Assembly (NCBI GenBank): GCA_050633245.1 | Contig: JBOEGD010000001.1 | Location: 32,001 to 96,000, forward strand | Reading direction: 5' to 3' | Source: Calditrichia bacterium | Lineage (GTDB): Bacteria > Calditrichota > Calditrichia > RBG-13-44-9 > J075 | Length of the DNA stretch: 64,000 nucleotides | Notes under the pieces: model-generated | The model's database searches: none | Seen by the model: the letters and a program-made list of their open reading frames with translations, nothing else | What the model was told of the DNA's origin: nothing | Part shown: piece after piece, positions 38,669 through 49,428 of the stretch | How positions within the stretch are numbered: position 1 is the first letter of the stretch | Layout of the letters: every line of letters starts with the position of its first letter | Position numbers and translations under genes: made by a program

Positions 38669-39853
38669 ATGATTGAATCGATTCGTCAGGCATTTATCGA
38701 TGCCTTCGACCCCGCCGTTTATAATCAATTTATTAAAGACATTCACACGAGTAATCAGGAAAGTTTGGTGTTCAGGGTATCTGAATCCCCTCTGTTCTTA
38801 TCCGATGAACTGACGAAGAAACTGATTTCTGCCTCTAAGGATGTGCTGGAAGTCTTGCGTCAGCCGGGCTACTCGGCTCAGGTTGAAAATGCCATTCCAC
38901 CCGGAATGCATGTTGCAGGCGAAACGAAGCACACCAATTTCCTTCAGGTAGATTTTGCTATTTGCCGAGACGCAAATGGCGAGCTCTCCCCACAGCTTAT
39001 CGAATTACAGGGCTTTCCCTCTCTGTATAGCTTCCAATGTTATCTGGACGATAAAATCAGACAATATTTTGATATTCCTGCCGGATTCACCCCATTCTTT
39101 AGCGGCCTCGATTCTGTAGCGTATCATCAGCATTTCTCGAAGCTGTTGCTGGGAGATAGTGATCCTGAAAACGTGGTGGTGCTCGAAATTGATCCATATA
39201 AGCAAAAAACGCGTATCGATTTTTATCTTACAGAATCATTCTACGGCGTCAAAAGCGTTTGTCTGAGCGATATTATTCAGCGTGGTAGAAAACTCTTTTA
39301 CAAACGTGACAATCGTGAAGTACCGATTGAACGCCTCTATCACCGCTTCATATTCGACGAGTTGGAAAAACGAAAAGATATAACGTGTGGATTTAATTTT
39401 GAAGATGATTTGGATGTAACCTGGGTTGGGCATCCGAACTGGTTTTTTAAAATCAGTAAATATACGATGCCATTTATAAACAGCCCATATTGCCCGGAAT
39501 GTAACTTTTTAAGTGATTTGGAAACCTGGCCTGATGATTTGGAGAACTATGTATTAAAGCCGCTTTTTTCTTTTGCCGGAAGTGGAGTTATTGTAGATGT
39601 CGATCGGAAAACCCTGGATAGTATTACGGATCGACAAAACTTTATTCTGCAAAAGAAGGTTGAATATGAACCCTTTATGAAAACACCTGATGAGCCAGCC
39701 AGGGCAGAAGTGCGTATGATGTTCCTGTGGGATGACGAGCCAATTTTAGTGAATAATCTGCTTCGCCTTAGCAAAGGCAAGATGATGGGTGTCGATTATA
39801 ATCAAAATAAGACCTGGGTCGGTTCATCACTTGCATATCATCACCCGGTATAG
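38669..39853 (+). CDS. Circularly permuted ATP-grasp / glutathionylspermidine-synthase-like ligase
   Basis: QVDFAI..PQLIELQGFPS early in the chain; YVLKPLFSFAGSGV and FILQKKVEY late (permuted order). Confidence 0.7.
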   Translation: MIESIRQAFIDAFDPAVYNQFIKDIHTSNQESLVFRVSESPLFLSDELTKKLISASKDVLEVLRQPGYSAQVENAIPPGMHVAGETKHTNFLQVDFAICRDANGELSPQLIELQGFPSLYSFQCYLDDKIRQYFDIPAGFTPFFSGLDSVAYHQHFSKLLLGDSDPENVVVLEIDPYKQKTRIDFYLTESFYGVKSVCLSDIIQRGRKLFYKRDNREVPIERLYHRFIFDELEKRKDITCGFNFEDDLDVTWVGHPNWFFKISKYTMPFINSPYCPECNFLSDLETWPDDLENYVLKPLFSFAGSGVIVDVDRKTLDSITDRQNFILQKKVEYEPFMKTPDEPARAEVRMMFLWDDEPILVNNLLRLSKGKMMGVDYNQNKTWVGSSLAYHHPV

Positions 39854-39861
39854 TTCGCTCT

Positions 39862-40872
39862 ATGAATGAAAAGCTCAACTTCGATCCTGAATTACGAGAA
39901 GGTGCCTCAAATGCTGTGCATGTGTGTCTGCAAATTCAGCCGCATGAACGCGTTACCATTATCGGGGGGCATGAGTGTAGTGAAATAGTAGCTGCTCTGG
40001 TCGAGCAACTGGGACAACTTGAAGCCCGCTATCACATTATGTTTCTCGAAGATTATTGCAAACGACCATGTACGCGGCTCCCTCAAGAGTTCTTCGCCGA
40101 TCTCGCCACGTCTCAGGTAAGTATTTATGCTGCCGCCGCCCGTCCGGGAGAGTTGGCCGCTCGCTGTCAATTAACTGCATTTGTCAACGAGCACAGTATT
40201 CGTCATGCACACATGGTGAATATTACCCGTCAAATTATGCTACAGGGCATGCGGGCAGACTTTTTAAAGGTCGATAAGTTGAGTGCCGACCTCATCGCCA
40301 AAGCACGCAGAGCCGAAAAAATATATGCAAAGACCGCTGCCGGAACGGATATCGAAGCTCAGTTTATCCCTGAGCTCAAATGGGTTAAGACCAGCGGGAT
40401 AATTTCTGTCCAGAAATGGGGGAATTTGCCTGGCGGAGAGATCCTGACATCGCCGGCAAGAGTTGATGGCGTGTTTGTCGTAGATGGTGTGGTCGGTGAT
40501 TTTCTTTGCGAACAATATGGCGATCTAAACGAATATCCTCTGAGAATTGAGATCGAGAACTCCCGGATTCGGAATGTTGAGTGCAAAAACAATGAGCTAC
40601 TGCGAGACTTCAACGCTTATACGACAACAGACGAAAACAGCAATCGCGTCGGTGAATTTGCGATCGGAACCAACATCGCGATAACAGAACTGATTGGCAA
40701 TATTTTACAGGATGAAAAAATACCGGGAATTCACATTGCTTTTGGGGACCCCTACGGTGAGCATACCGGGCAAAACTGGCAATCTAAAACACATATTGAC
40801 TGCGTTGGTCGCAATTTCGATATTTGGCTGGAGCAAGAAAAGGTAATGGAAGACGGAGCATTTATTTTCTAA
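39862..40872 (+). CDS. M29-family (aminopeptidase T-like) aminopeptidase
   Basis: NLPGGE, GEFAIGTN, LQDEKIPGIHIAFG, HID metal-ligand motifs. Confidence 0.85.
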   Translation: MNEKLNFDPELREGASNAVHVCLQIQPHERVTIIGGHECSEIVAALVEQLGQLEARYHIMFLEDYCKRPCTRLPQEFFADLATSQVSIYAAAARPGELAARCQLTAFVNEHSIRHAHMVNITRQIMLQGMRADFLKVDKLSADLIAKARRAEKIYAKTAAGTDIEAQFIPELKWVKTSGIISVQKWGNLPGGEILTSPARVDGVFVVDGVVGDFLCEQYGDLNEYPLRIEIENSRIRNVECKNNELLRDFNAYTTTDENSNRVGEFAIGTNIAITELIGNILQDEKIPGIHIAFGDPYGEHTGQNWQSKTHIDCVGRNFDIWLEQEKVMEDGAFIF

Positions 40873-40888
40873 CAGCTGCCAAATCAGA

Positions 40889-42109
40889 CTATTCCCGGCC
40901 ACTTTTGCTTAGTGGAATAACTCGAACCTCAGTACCGGCCTTTAACATCTCCCCTGCATTTACGCGAATAAATCCGGATGCACCGCTGATCGAGCTAATC
41001 ATATGCGAGCCCTGTCGCGCGAGCGGGCTTATTTCCGGCAGCGCGTTGTCCACATGCTGAATAGCGACCCTCATTAAGTGCGCGCGATCCATTGTATTGT
41101 GAATGTCTTCTGCTAAACATCCGATAAAACCATCCTGCTTAAAGGGATGTCCACAAAGATAGCGTATCACCGGATGAACGTAGACCATGTAGCTCATGTA
41201 GGACGATACCGGATTGCCGGGGAGTCCAAACAATAAAGTATCACCTCTTTGCGCGAAAAATAGCGGCTTACCCGGCTTCTGCCTGACTCGCCAAAAGATT
41301 TCATTGAATCCACATTCTGCGGCGGCGTCTTTTACCAGATCGTGCGGACCGACTGAAACACCACCTGAAAATAGAATGATACCGGCATTCGATGCCGCAT
41401 CTTCAATCGATTTAACAGTGTCAGAATAGTTGTCTGAAACATGCGAGCTAAGCCCGATAGTGCCACCAGAATCGGTGACGGCACATGAAAGCATTAGTCT
41501 GTTCGAGTCACGAATCTGACCGGGAGCCGGCTTTTCGTGAAAAGGTACCAGTTCGGTGCCTGTGGCGATCACCGAAACGGAAGGTGCTTTAAAGGTAGAG
41601 ACCTTAGTGATTCCCTGAGAGGCGAGGATTGCCAACTGGGGTGGTCCCAAAACACAACCCGCCAGCAGCAGCTTCTCTCCTGCGGTAAATTCTTCGCCCT
41701 CATTGCGAATATGCTGATGAGGCTTGTTTACCTTCAACACATTAATTGTGGTCTCTGTTTCATGAATCACCTCAATGGGAATTACTGTATCAGCGCCGGG
41801 CATGAGCCGCGCACCCGTGCTTATTCGCGCTGCATAACCAGAGGTTAACACCTCATTCATCGGGATACCGGCCTGACTTTCACCAGCGATATGTAATGTT
41901 ATGGGGGTTTCAGGTGTTGCATCTTTCACATCTTCCCATTTTGTAGCATAACCATCCATCGCACTATTGGTAAAAAGTGGGGCGGGCTCTACAGCCACAA
42001 TATCTTCGGCAAGAAGATAACCGGAGCAGTTTGCAATATCTCTTTCTTCCAACAAAGGTTTTGGAAGGGCATCCTGAATTTGTTGAAGTGCCTGCTCAAT
42101 CGTCAGCAT
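40889..42109 (-). CDS. moeA: Molybdopterin molybdenumtransferase MoeA
   Basis: SAMDGYA, ISTGA..GAD, TGTEL, SGGVSVG, KPGKP, GLPGNPVS. Confidence 0.93.
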   Translation of the reverse strand: MLTIEQALQQIQDALPKPLLEERDIANCSGYLLAEDIVAVEPAPLFTNSAMDGYATKWEDVKDATPETPITLHIAGESQAGIPMNEVLTSGYAARISTGARLMPGADTVIPIEVIHETETTINVLKVNKPHQHIRNEGEEFTAGEKLLLAGCVLGPPQLAILASQGITKVSTFKAPSVSVIATGTELVPFHEKPAPGQIRDSNRLMLSCAVTDSGGTIGLSSHVSDNYSDTVKSIEDAASNAGIILFSGGVSVGPHDLVKDAAAECGFNEIFWRVRQKPGKPLFFAQRGDTLLFGLPGNPVSSYMSYMVYVHPVIRYLCGHPFKQDGFIGCLAEDIHNTMDRAHLMRVAIQHVDNALPEISPLARQGSHMISSISGASGFIRVNAGEMLKAGTEVRVIPLSKSGRE

Positions 42110-42581
42110 CTAAACCTCCTTTTATGGAATCGGGCACCGGGCCTTTCAATATACGCTGCATTAACAGTGCGTCTTCACCATTTTTGTAATATCGTGGTCG
42201 AACCCGAACGGTACTGAAACCGAATTTACGATAAAGGGCGATAGCTGCATGATTGCTTTTACGAACTTCCAGGAGAGCAATCTCGGAATCAAAGGCTTCA
42301 TTCAACAGCTGCGTCATAAAGTAGCTGCCCCAGCCCTGTCCCTGGTATTCCGGAAAGATTGCAAACGTGGCAATATGAAATTCTTCATAGAGCTTCCAGA
42401 TTACCGAGTAGCCTATCATAACATGATCTTTTGTAATTACTACCGGGAGAGAAAAGCGATTCCTTGATACTTCAAACTCATAACTTCTTCGAGACCAGGG
42501 GTCAGTAAAAAGTTCAACCTCGCGGGGCATGATATAATCGAGATCGTCCAACGTCATTCGTCGGATATGGACTTTGGCCAT
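42096..42581 (-). CDS. rimI: Ribosomal-protein-alanine N-acetyltransferase RimI
   Basis: PWS, QGQGWG, LEVRKSN..AI.LY.KFGF, R.RYY..GEDA; follows tsaB. Confidence 0.9.
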   Translation of the reverse strand: MAKVHIRRMTLDDLDYIMPREVELFTDPWSRRSYEFEVSRNRFSLPVVITKDHVMIGYSVIWKLYEEFHIATFAIFPEYQGQGWGSYFMTQLLNEAFDSEIALLEVRKSNHAAIALYRKFGFSTVRVRPRYYKNGEDALLMQRILKGPVPDSIKGGLDADD

Positions 42582-43303
42582 TACATAATCCCTTGAAAGG
42601 GTCTCATGTAATGCGGTTCGCATTCTGCTACATCAGAAAAGGTAGATGTGGAGAAGGACGTATGCGCAAGCTTGGCCAAAACGGATGCATGAGGAACCTG
42701 CGAGGAAGAGCGGAGTATTTCCGATCCCTCTGGAAGAGCAGGGGCTAGTACTTCCTGCAGTGAGCTTGCTGCTCCTCCGATGCAGGAGACCGGTTCAGAA
42801 ATAAATGTTGTAATATCAGCTATGGCAAGAATCTGCGGTGGTTTAATCGAAATCAACTTCTCTTGTTCGTTTCGATATAGCGCAGTATAGATATCGCCTC
42901 TGCGTGCATCAACCACGGGCATCATTATCCTTTTGGAGGATGTATACTCACTGGCCCAAAGCTGAAGCGTCGGTATTTCGATGATAGGAAGGTTTGCGGC
43001 ATGAGCCAGACCCTTGGCATAGCTATAGCCAATTCGCAGCCCGGTGAATGAACCTGGGCCCGCTGAAAGGGCAATTGCTTCAATGTCATGGACAGTATTG
43101 TTGAAAAGTTGTAACAGATGGTCAACTATTCCGGCAAGATGTTCGGAGTGACCATTCGATATGGCAAGTGTTGTCTCGGCTAATAACGTTTCGCCGCGTG
43201 AAAGACCACATACACATGTTGGTGTGCTGGTGTCCAGCAGCAGCAGAAGCGGCTGACTGGACAATTCCAAGGCTTGTTTTGCTCTTCTCTTCATTAGACC
43301 CAA
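42581..43303 (-). CDS. tsaB: tRNA threonylcarbamoyladenosine biosynthesis protein TsaB
   Basis: LDTST, HSEHL, GPGSFTGLRIG, DARRGDIY, EPHY. Confidence 0.93.
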   Translation of the reverse strand: MGLMKRRAKQALELSSQPLLLLLDTSTPTCVCGLSRGETLLAETTLAISNGHSEHLAGIVDHLLQLFNNTVHDIEAIALSAGPGSFTGLRIGYSYAKGLAHAANLPIIEIPTLQLWASEYTSSKRIMMPVVDARRGDIYTALYRNEQEKLISIKPPQILAIADITTFISEPVSCIGGAASSLQEVLAPALPEGSEILRSSSQVPHASVLAKLAHTSFSTSTFSDVAECEPHYMRPFQGIM

Positions 43304-43305
43304 CT

Positions 43306-45126
43306 CTAGCCAAATTCATGTAGCGGCTTGTTCTGACGTGCGCGTTTCCTGTCGTTTTCGTCAAGATAAATCTTGCGTAGTCGAATTGATTCTGGCGTAA
43401 TCTCAACCAGTTCGTCGTTATTAATATACTCAAGAGCTTCTTCAAGTGAAAAAATCACCGGAGGAGCAACCTTTACTGCTTTATCGCTTCCCGATGCGCG
43501 CATATTCGTCAACTTCTTAGAACGCTGAATATTAACTTCAAGATCATTGTCTTTGTTGTTTTCACCAATTACCTGTCCTTTATAAACCACATCACCCGGT
43601 TTGATAAAGAATGTGCCGCGATCCTGCAGAGCATCAATGGCGTAGGGGGTAGATGGCCCGGCAGCCATTGAGATAAGCGCACCGTTAACTCGCTGCGGAA
43701 TTTCTCCACGATGCGGTCCGTAGGCGTGGAAGCGATGGTGCATTACTGCTTCACCGGCGGTTGCTGTAAGCAGCCGATTTCGAAGTCCCATCAACCCTCG
43801 TGAAGGAATTAGAAATTCAAGGTGCTGCATATTGCCTTTGCTGTTCATCTCGCGTAGCTCGCCACGTCGCTGCCCGGCAAGCTCTATAACCTTACCGGAA
43901 TAATCGGCGGGTACATCTACGACCAGTACTTCAATTGGCTCATGCTTTTTGCCATCAACATCGCGGAAGATTACCTGAGGTTGACCAACCTGAAGTTCGT
44001 ATCCCTGACGTCGCATATTTTCCATGAAAATAGAAAGATGTAGAATTCCACGACCATAGACCTTAAAGCGATCTGGTGAACCGGTTTCTTCAACGCGTAA
44101 CGCCACGTCGATTTGCATTTCTTTTTCCAGTCGCTCACGAAGTTGACGAGACGTTACAAACTGGCCTTCTTTGCCAAAGAATGGTGAATTGTTCACCATA
44201 AACATCATGCTTATCGTTGGTTCGTCAATGGTCATGCGACCAAGTGCTTCCGGAGTTTCCGGATCGGCAAGAGTATCGCCGATTTCTATTCCTTCAACAC
44301 CCACAATCGCGCAGATATCGCCATTGTTAACGTGCTCTACAGTTTCTCGTCCAATCCCTTCAAAGCTCTGCAGCTTTTTTACCGAGACGGCCTGCGACTT
44401 ACCATTCTGTTTCAGAATGACAAGCGGTTGGTTTTGACGAACGTCTCCGCGATGCACGCGGCCGATGCCGACACGACCAATATAGTCATTATAATCGATG
44501 CTGGTAATCTGCATTTGTGTCGGCCCCTCAATAAATTTCGGTGCCGGGACTTTTTCAATAATCGTGTCGAAAAGAGCTTCCAGGTTATCGGTGCGCTCAT
44601 CAGCTTCATTGGCTGCCCAGCCATCGCGTCCACTTGCATATATGGTTGGGAAGTCCAGCTGATCGTCGTTGGCATCAAGCTCAACAAACAGATCAAATAC
44701 TTCCTCTAGCACTTCTTCCGGGCGGCTGTCAGGGCGATCAATCTTATTGATTACTACCAGTGGCTTTAGACCCAGCAGTAGTGCTTTTTGCAGAACGAAG
44801 CGAGTCTGTGGCATAACGCCTTCAAAGGCATCAACAAGAAGTAAGATTCCGTCAGCCATTTTAAGAACGCGTTCTACCTCGCCACCGAAATCGGCGTGAC
44901 CCGGGGTATCTATCAGATTAATCTTATACGATTTATATTTAACCGAGATGTTTTTTGACAGGATAGTAATTCCACGTTCGCGTTCCAGGTCATTGGAATC
45001 TAGAAAACGTTCTTGTACAACCTGATTGTCTCTGAAGATGCTACACTGTTTTAACATCTGATCAACGAGCGTCGTTTTGCCATGATCAACGTGGGCAACG
45101 ATTGCTACGTTTCGTAAATTTGACAT
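43306..45126 (-). CDS. typA: Translational GTPase TypA/BipA
   Basis: [55 protein letters not shown]. Start placed at MSNLRN. Confidence 0.96.
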   Translation of the reverse strand: MSNLRNVAIVAHVDHGKTTLVDQMLKQCSIFRDNQVVQERFLDSNDLERERGITILSKNISVKYKSYKINLIDTPGHADFGGEVERVLKMADGILLLVDAFEGVMPQTRFVLQKALLLGLKPLVVINKIDRPDSRPEEVLEEVFDLFVELDANDDQLDFPTIYASGRDGWAANEADERTDNLEALFDTIIEKVPAPKFIEGPTQMQITSIDYNDYIGRVGIGRVHRGDVRQNQPLVILKQNGKSQAVSVKKLQSFEGIGRETVEHVNNGDICAIVGVEGIEIGDTLADPETPEALGRMTIDEPTISMMFMVNNSPFFGKEGQFVTSRQLRERLEKEMQIDVALRVEETGSPDRFKVYGRGILHLSIFMENMRRQGYELQVGQPQVIFRDVDGKKHEPIEVLVVDVPADYSGKVIELAGQRRGELREMNSKGNMQHLEFLIPSRGLMGLRNRLLTATAGEAVMHHRFHAYGPHRGEIPQRVNGALISMAAGPSTPYAIDALQDRGTFFIKPGDVVYKGQVIGENNKDNDLEVNIQRSKKLTNMRASGSDKAVKVAPPVIFSLEEALEYINNDELVEITPESIRLRKIYLDENDRKRARQNKPLHEFG

Positions 45127-45513
45127 AGTATTTCCGATCTTATAAGTAAATATTAACTGGCAGAAAAAATAGCATTCAAAGCCGGAAGTCAAGTAAAATA
45201 AACTTTAGTTGAGAACGACGTAACAACGGACACATCGTATTTGAGAGTGAATTTACGAGAAAGATTGAAAATTATTCTTCAGGTGTTGAAATATCAATGC
45301 TTGCAAAGCAGGTAGTAACAAATTACATTTTAATTCGTAAACTGAAACCAAGCTCATATTTTTACGCTAGATAGATGCCTCGAAAGTTAAGATTTCGCAC
45401 CAAACGGCCGCGTTTCAGATGGATTTCTAAATAGATATGTTCGATATAAACATCAGCTGCATTCTGTAACCGAACGCACCTTACTCGCCTTCTTGGCAAC
45501 TCGGGAATGACTT

Positions 45514-48330
45514 ATGTCTTACCAGAAAAGACATTCACAGTTTTTCAGGATCATTTTTGCTACCGTTGTGGCAATTTTACTGATCGTTGTTATCCGCTCG
45601 CTTTATTTTAAGGCTAGCACACCGGATGATGAAAACCTGTTTCGCACCACTCCCGGAAGTGTTTTGGTTACTGAGCCAATCACTGGACGACCTGCCCCTG
45701 ATGATTCAGAAGATCCGGACGAATCGGTTTCCATTGAAACAATGATTTTGCCCGGAGAGGTCATTCGCTCTGTCGACGGTGAACTTTTTCGACAGCTATC
45801 AACTCTTGAAGCTTATTTGACCGGCCTGGACAGCCTGGACGAATTGAACTTTGAGGTGTTCGATCCCAGAGATGCCTCAACTCGCAATGTATTAATATAC
45901 TACGGGGATCTTCCGGCAAATGGTTTTCGCGGTCTTTCGTCGAGTGTGTATGTTATTACTGTGTTCGAGGATGGTGCTTCCGATCGTGCCGGGCTGCGTG
46001 TTGGCGACTTGATTGTTAGCATAAATGAACAGTTCTTCAAGAATATGCACGATGCAGATCGGATTCTTAAGGAAGCCCGTTCAGACAAAAAAATTGAATA
46101 TCAGGTTATACGTGGTAATGAAGACATTACCTTTGATATTGTTCTTGCTACGGTTGGCCTGCACCTTCCGGTTTTACTCTTCTTTTTCTGCGGTATGTTT
46201 ATGATTTTGACCGGGGCTTTTATAGGTCTTGCGCGCCCCCAATTTCGGGCAGCTCGTTACCTGGGGGTCGGATTTGTCATAACCGGCTTTTTTATCGCAT
46301 TTTTGGAAGCGACCAGAACTATAAAAGATGAGTTTATTGAGGTTCGGGCTTTTGTCCTTGTCGCTACCATTTTATTTAGCTTGCCATTATGGCTTCACAT
46401 TGCACATTACTTTCCGTTAAAGCATCAAGCCATGCTCGATCGCCGTTGGATTCGGACGACCGGCTATGTTATTGCAGCGGTTGGAGTTCTTGCCATATTG
46501 ATCATAGATGAAGCTTTCTTTGGCTTCTTTTTGTTGGTATTGATTCTCTACAATGCCATTGTTCAGTTTATGTATAGAAAAAAAGCTTCGCCGGAATACA
46601 CTGAAATTTCCAAAGTGCTCAAGCGTTTTAATATTTTAGCTGTCTCTGGTATTGCCCTTACCCTGGGTTTTATTGTTTATACGCATTGGGGAACATTTGA
46701 TATTGGTGGAAATAAGTTCGGGTATATCGGAATTCCTTTGCTGCTTTATCCTCTATCTACCTTATTTGTTATTGGTCGCTATAATCTTATCGATCTGGAC
46801 CTTCGCGTTAAGAGAAACATCCAGTACAGTGCCTTTTCTACAATGTTAGGCGTTCTTGCAGTCCTTGCTTTGGGATGGATGCTGATGAATCTTCCACAAA
46901 TGGAGTTGCCCTTGCCCAATATCCAGTTTCAGGGCAGTTTTATTGAGATAAGCGATGAGCCCATGCTTGGGAAAACCCGTCAAACTATGGAAAAAGGCGT
47001 TTTGATGTTTCTGGCAATTTTGTTGAGTTTTCTAATTGTTAGAGCACGTCGTAAGGGGCAGGCTTTTATCGATAAGAAGTTTTTCCGTGGAAGTTATGAT
47101 TACAGATTGGCATCCCGTGAGCTTGCTGAAGTAATGTCTAGTGAATTGAACATGAAGGGCCTGGCGGAGGGCATTGTTCAGAAGCTGACTCAATTGATGA
47201 AAGTGAAGCAAGCCGGAATACTCTTTTACCGCAATGAATCAGAATGTAGTGCCTCCGAGTCCGCTGGTTTGACTGCGGATCGTTGGCAGTCTTTTGTTAG
47301 TGGAATACAAAACTCTTTTACTGACGTGTTGAAAAGTGATGTCGAAGAACTGCATTTCAGTGTTGAATACTTACCTAGTTCTCTGCGAGAGCACTTCTCA
47401 GAACATGGTTTTCGGCATATTATCGCGATCCGTTCGAAGGACAAATTTGTTGGAACACTTTTGATTGGTGAAAAACTTTCTGAGTCGCCTTTCCACAATG
47501 AAGACCTGCTGTTTTTAACTTCGATTTCTAAACAGGCTTCTGTTTCTATCGAAAACTCTTTCTTGTATGATGAGCTGGCAGAACGTGAGCGTATGAAACA
47601 CGAATTGGCCATTGCCAGAAGAATTCAGCTGGCTTCCTTACCGCAACATACTCCTGTCGTTGCAGGGCTGGATATTGCCGGAATATCCGTGCCTGCTCTT
47701 GAGGTAGGCGGAGACTACTTCGATTATCTAAACGGCAATCCGGACGATTTGACGATTATCGTTGGTGACGTCAGCGGAAAAGGAACCTCTGCTGCTCTTT
47801 ATATGTCTAAGGTGCAGGGGATAATGCGATCCCTGTATGATTTTGGCTTATCCCCGCGCGATCTGTTTATCAGGGCAAATCAATTACTCATCGACAGCAT
47901 AGAAAAGCAGTCTTTTATTACAGCACTTGGCGTGTCGATTAATCCATCCACACGACAGCTTCGTCTTGCCAGAGCAGGGCATGCACCGCTATATCATTAT
48001 CAATCTAAAAGCAAGCGTGTGGAAGAGTGGTTGCCAAAGGGAATAGGTATGGGACTTGCCAATTCTGAGAAATTTGCCGTGGAGATTGAAGAGACGACAC
48101 TTAGTTTTGATGAGGGTGATATTTTCTTGCTGATTACGGACGGGATTACCGAGGCTCAAAGCGATGGTGGTGAAGAGTATGGCGAGGAGGGGCTGGAGGC
48201 CATTCTTGCTGAAGCAAACGGTGCCAGTGCAAAGAAAATTCGCGATAGTATCGTTGCTTCTGTTAATCAGTTTACCGGCGATATGCCCCAACATGACGAT
48301 CTGACGATTGTCGTCGTGAAGGCGGTTTAA
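45514..48330 (+). CDS. Membrane sensor PP2C/SpoIIE (RsbU-like) phosphatase with PDZ and GAF domains
   Basis: N-terminal TM; two PDZ-like segments (GASDRAGLRVGDLIVSIN); ~8 further TMs; GAF; VGGDYFD, GDVSGKG, TDGITEA, DDLT. Confidence 0.88.
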   Translation: MSYQKRHSQFFRIIFATVVAILLIVVIRSLYFKASTPDDENLFRTTPGSVLVTEPITGRPAPDDSEDPDESVSIETMILPGEVIRSVDGELFRQLSTLEAYLTGLDSLDELNFEVFDPRDASTRNVLIYYGDLPANGFRGLSSSVYVITVFEDGASDRAGLRVGDLIVSINEQFFKNMHDADRILKEARSDKKIEYQVIRGNEDITFDIVLATVGLHLPVLLFFFCGMFMILTGAFIGLARPQFRAARYLGVGFVITGFFIAFLEATRTIKDEFIEVRAFVLVATILFSLPLWLHIAHYFPLKHQAMLDRRWIRTTGYVIAAVGVLAILIIDEAFFGFFLLVLILYNAIVQFMYRKKASPEYTEISKVLKRFNILAVSGIALTLGFIVYTHWGTFDIGGNKFGYIGIPLLLYPLSTLFVIGRYNLIDLDLRVKRNIQYSAFSTMLGVLAVLALGWMLMNLPQMELPLPNIQFQGSFIEISDEPMLGKTRQTMEKGVLMFLAILLSFLIVRARRKGQAFIDKKFFRGSYDYRLASRELAEVMSSELNMKGLAEGIVQKLTQLMKVKQAGILFYRNESECSASESAGLTADRWQSFVSGIQNSFTDVLKSDVEELHFSVEYLPSSLREHFSEHGFRHIIAIRSKDKFVGTLLIGEKLSESPFHNEDLLFLTSISKQASVSIENSFLYDELAERERMKHELAIARRIQLASLPQHTPVVAGLDIAGISVPALEVGGDYFDYLNGNPDDLTIIVGDVSGKGTSAALYMSKVQGIMRSLYDFGLSPRDLFIRANQLLIDSIEKQSFITALGVSINPSTRQLRLARAGHAPLYHYQSKSKRVEEWLPKGIGMGLANSEKFAVEIEETTLSFDEGDIFLLITDGITEAQSDGGEEYGEEGLEAILAEANGASAKKIRDSIVASVNQFTGDMPQHDDLTIVVVKAV

Positions 48331-48893
48331 AGAGTCTTTACTTCATTATAGCGAAAGCAGTCGGTAACGTGGTCGTTAACCATACCCACTGCCTGCATAA
48401 ACGCGTAACAAATTGTAGACCCCACGAATTTAAATCCGCGCTTTTTTAATACCTTGCTCATTTTATCAGACACGTCTGTTGTTGCCGGAACGTTGGATAA
48501 TAGTTGGTAGTTGTTCTGTATTGGTTTTCCATCAACGAACTGCCAGATATAATCTTTAAAGCTGCCAAACTCCTCTTGAACCTCCAGGAAGAGCTTGGCA
48601 TTTGTTACAGCTGCATTCACTTTAAGCTTATTTCGGACGATTCCGGGATTTGAAAGAAGTTCTTCAATCTTGTGATCGTCGTATTGGGCGATTTTAACAG
48701 GATTGAAGTTATCGAAGGCTTTCCGATAATTTTCTCTCTTCTGTAGAATTGTAATCCAGCTTAGACCGGCCTGAGCTCCTTCGAGAATCAGAAACTCAAA
48801 TAGCATCCGGTCGTCATACACCGGAACTCCCCATTCTTTGTCGTGATAGTCTTTGTAGATTTGTTTATCACCACACCACCCACATCGCTTCAT
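48327..48893 (-). CDS. tag: DNA-3-methyladenine glycosylase I
   Basis: RCGW, YHDKEWG, LEGAQAGLSW, GFKFVGSTI, GMVNDH..C. Confidence 0.95.
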   Translation of the reverse strand: MKRCGWCGDKQIYKDYHDKEWGVPVYDDRMLFEFLILEGAQAGLSWITILQKRENYRKAFDNFNPVKIAQYDDHKIEELLSNPGIVRNKLKVNAAVTNAKLFLEVQEEFGSFKDYIWQFVDGKPIQNNYQLLSNVPATTDVSDKMSKVLKKRGFKFVGSTICYAFMQAVGMVNDHVTDCFRYNEVKTL

Positions 48894-48923
48894 TCGTTTT
48901 CTCCGAAATAAGTCAGGTTTGTT

Positions 48924-49382
48924 CTAGTTGTTTGTGCCACCAAACAGTTCATTAGCACGTCGCTGCATTTCCTCATCGGATAGCTCTTCCAATAGTTGAG
49001 AAAGAACCCAGATATGCCCGAATGGGTCTTTCAGCCGCCCGGAGCGATAACCATAAAACTGATCGGCAACGGGAAACAATACTTCTGCGCCGGCTTCTTC
49101 CGCAGTTTTTGCTACAGCATCTGCGTCCTCAACATTAAGATTAAGCACGACCGGCGTGCCGCCCAGAGTCTCTGGAGAAGTATTACCAAACTCAGGCATC
49201 TCATCTGCAAGCATGATAACGGAATCGCCAATGGTCAGCTCTGCATGCATAACTCGTCCCGCAGAATCAGTCATACGTCCGGCTGTTTCTTTAGCTGCAA
49301 AAGCTTTTTCGTAAAACGCAATAGCTTCGGCAGTGTTCTTAACGGTAATGTACGGATTTAATGCGGGTCTGTTCCTGGACAT
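48924..49382 (-). CDS. VOC family protein (PhnB-like)
   Basis: PYI, AIAFY, MHAEL.IGDS.IML.DE, DQFYGYRSG.LKDPFGH.W. Confidence 0.9.
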   Translation of the reverse strand: MSRNRPALNPYITVKNTAEAIAFYEKAFAAKETAGRMTDSAGRVMHAELTIGDSVIMLADEMPEFGNTSPETLGGTPVVLNLNVEDADAVAKTAEEAGAEVLFPVADQFYGYRSGRLKDPFGHIWVLSQLLEELSDEEMQRRANELFGGTNN

Positions 49383-49428
49383 TGTGGATCCTCCCTTTTT
49401 TCAAACATTTAATGATACATCCCAACTA

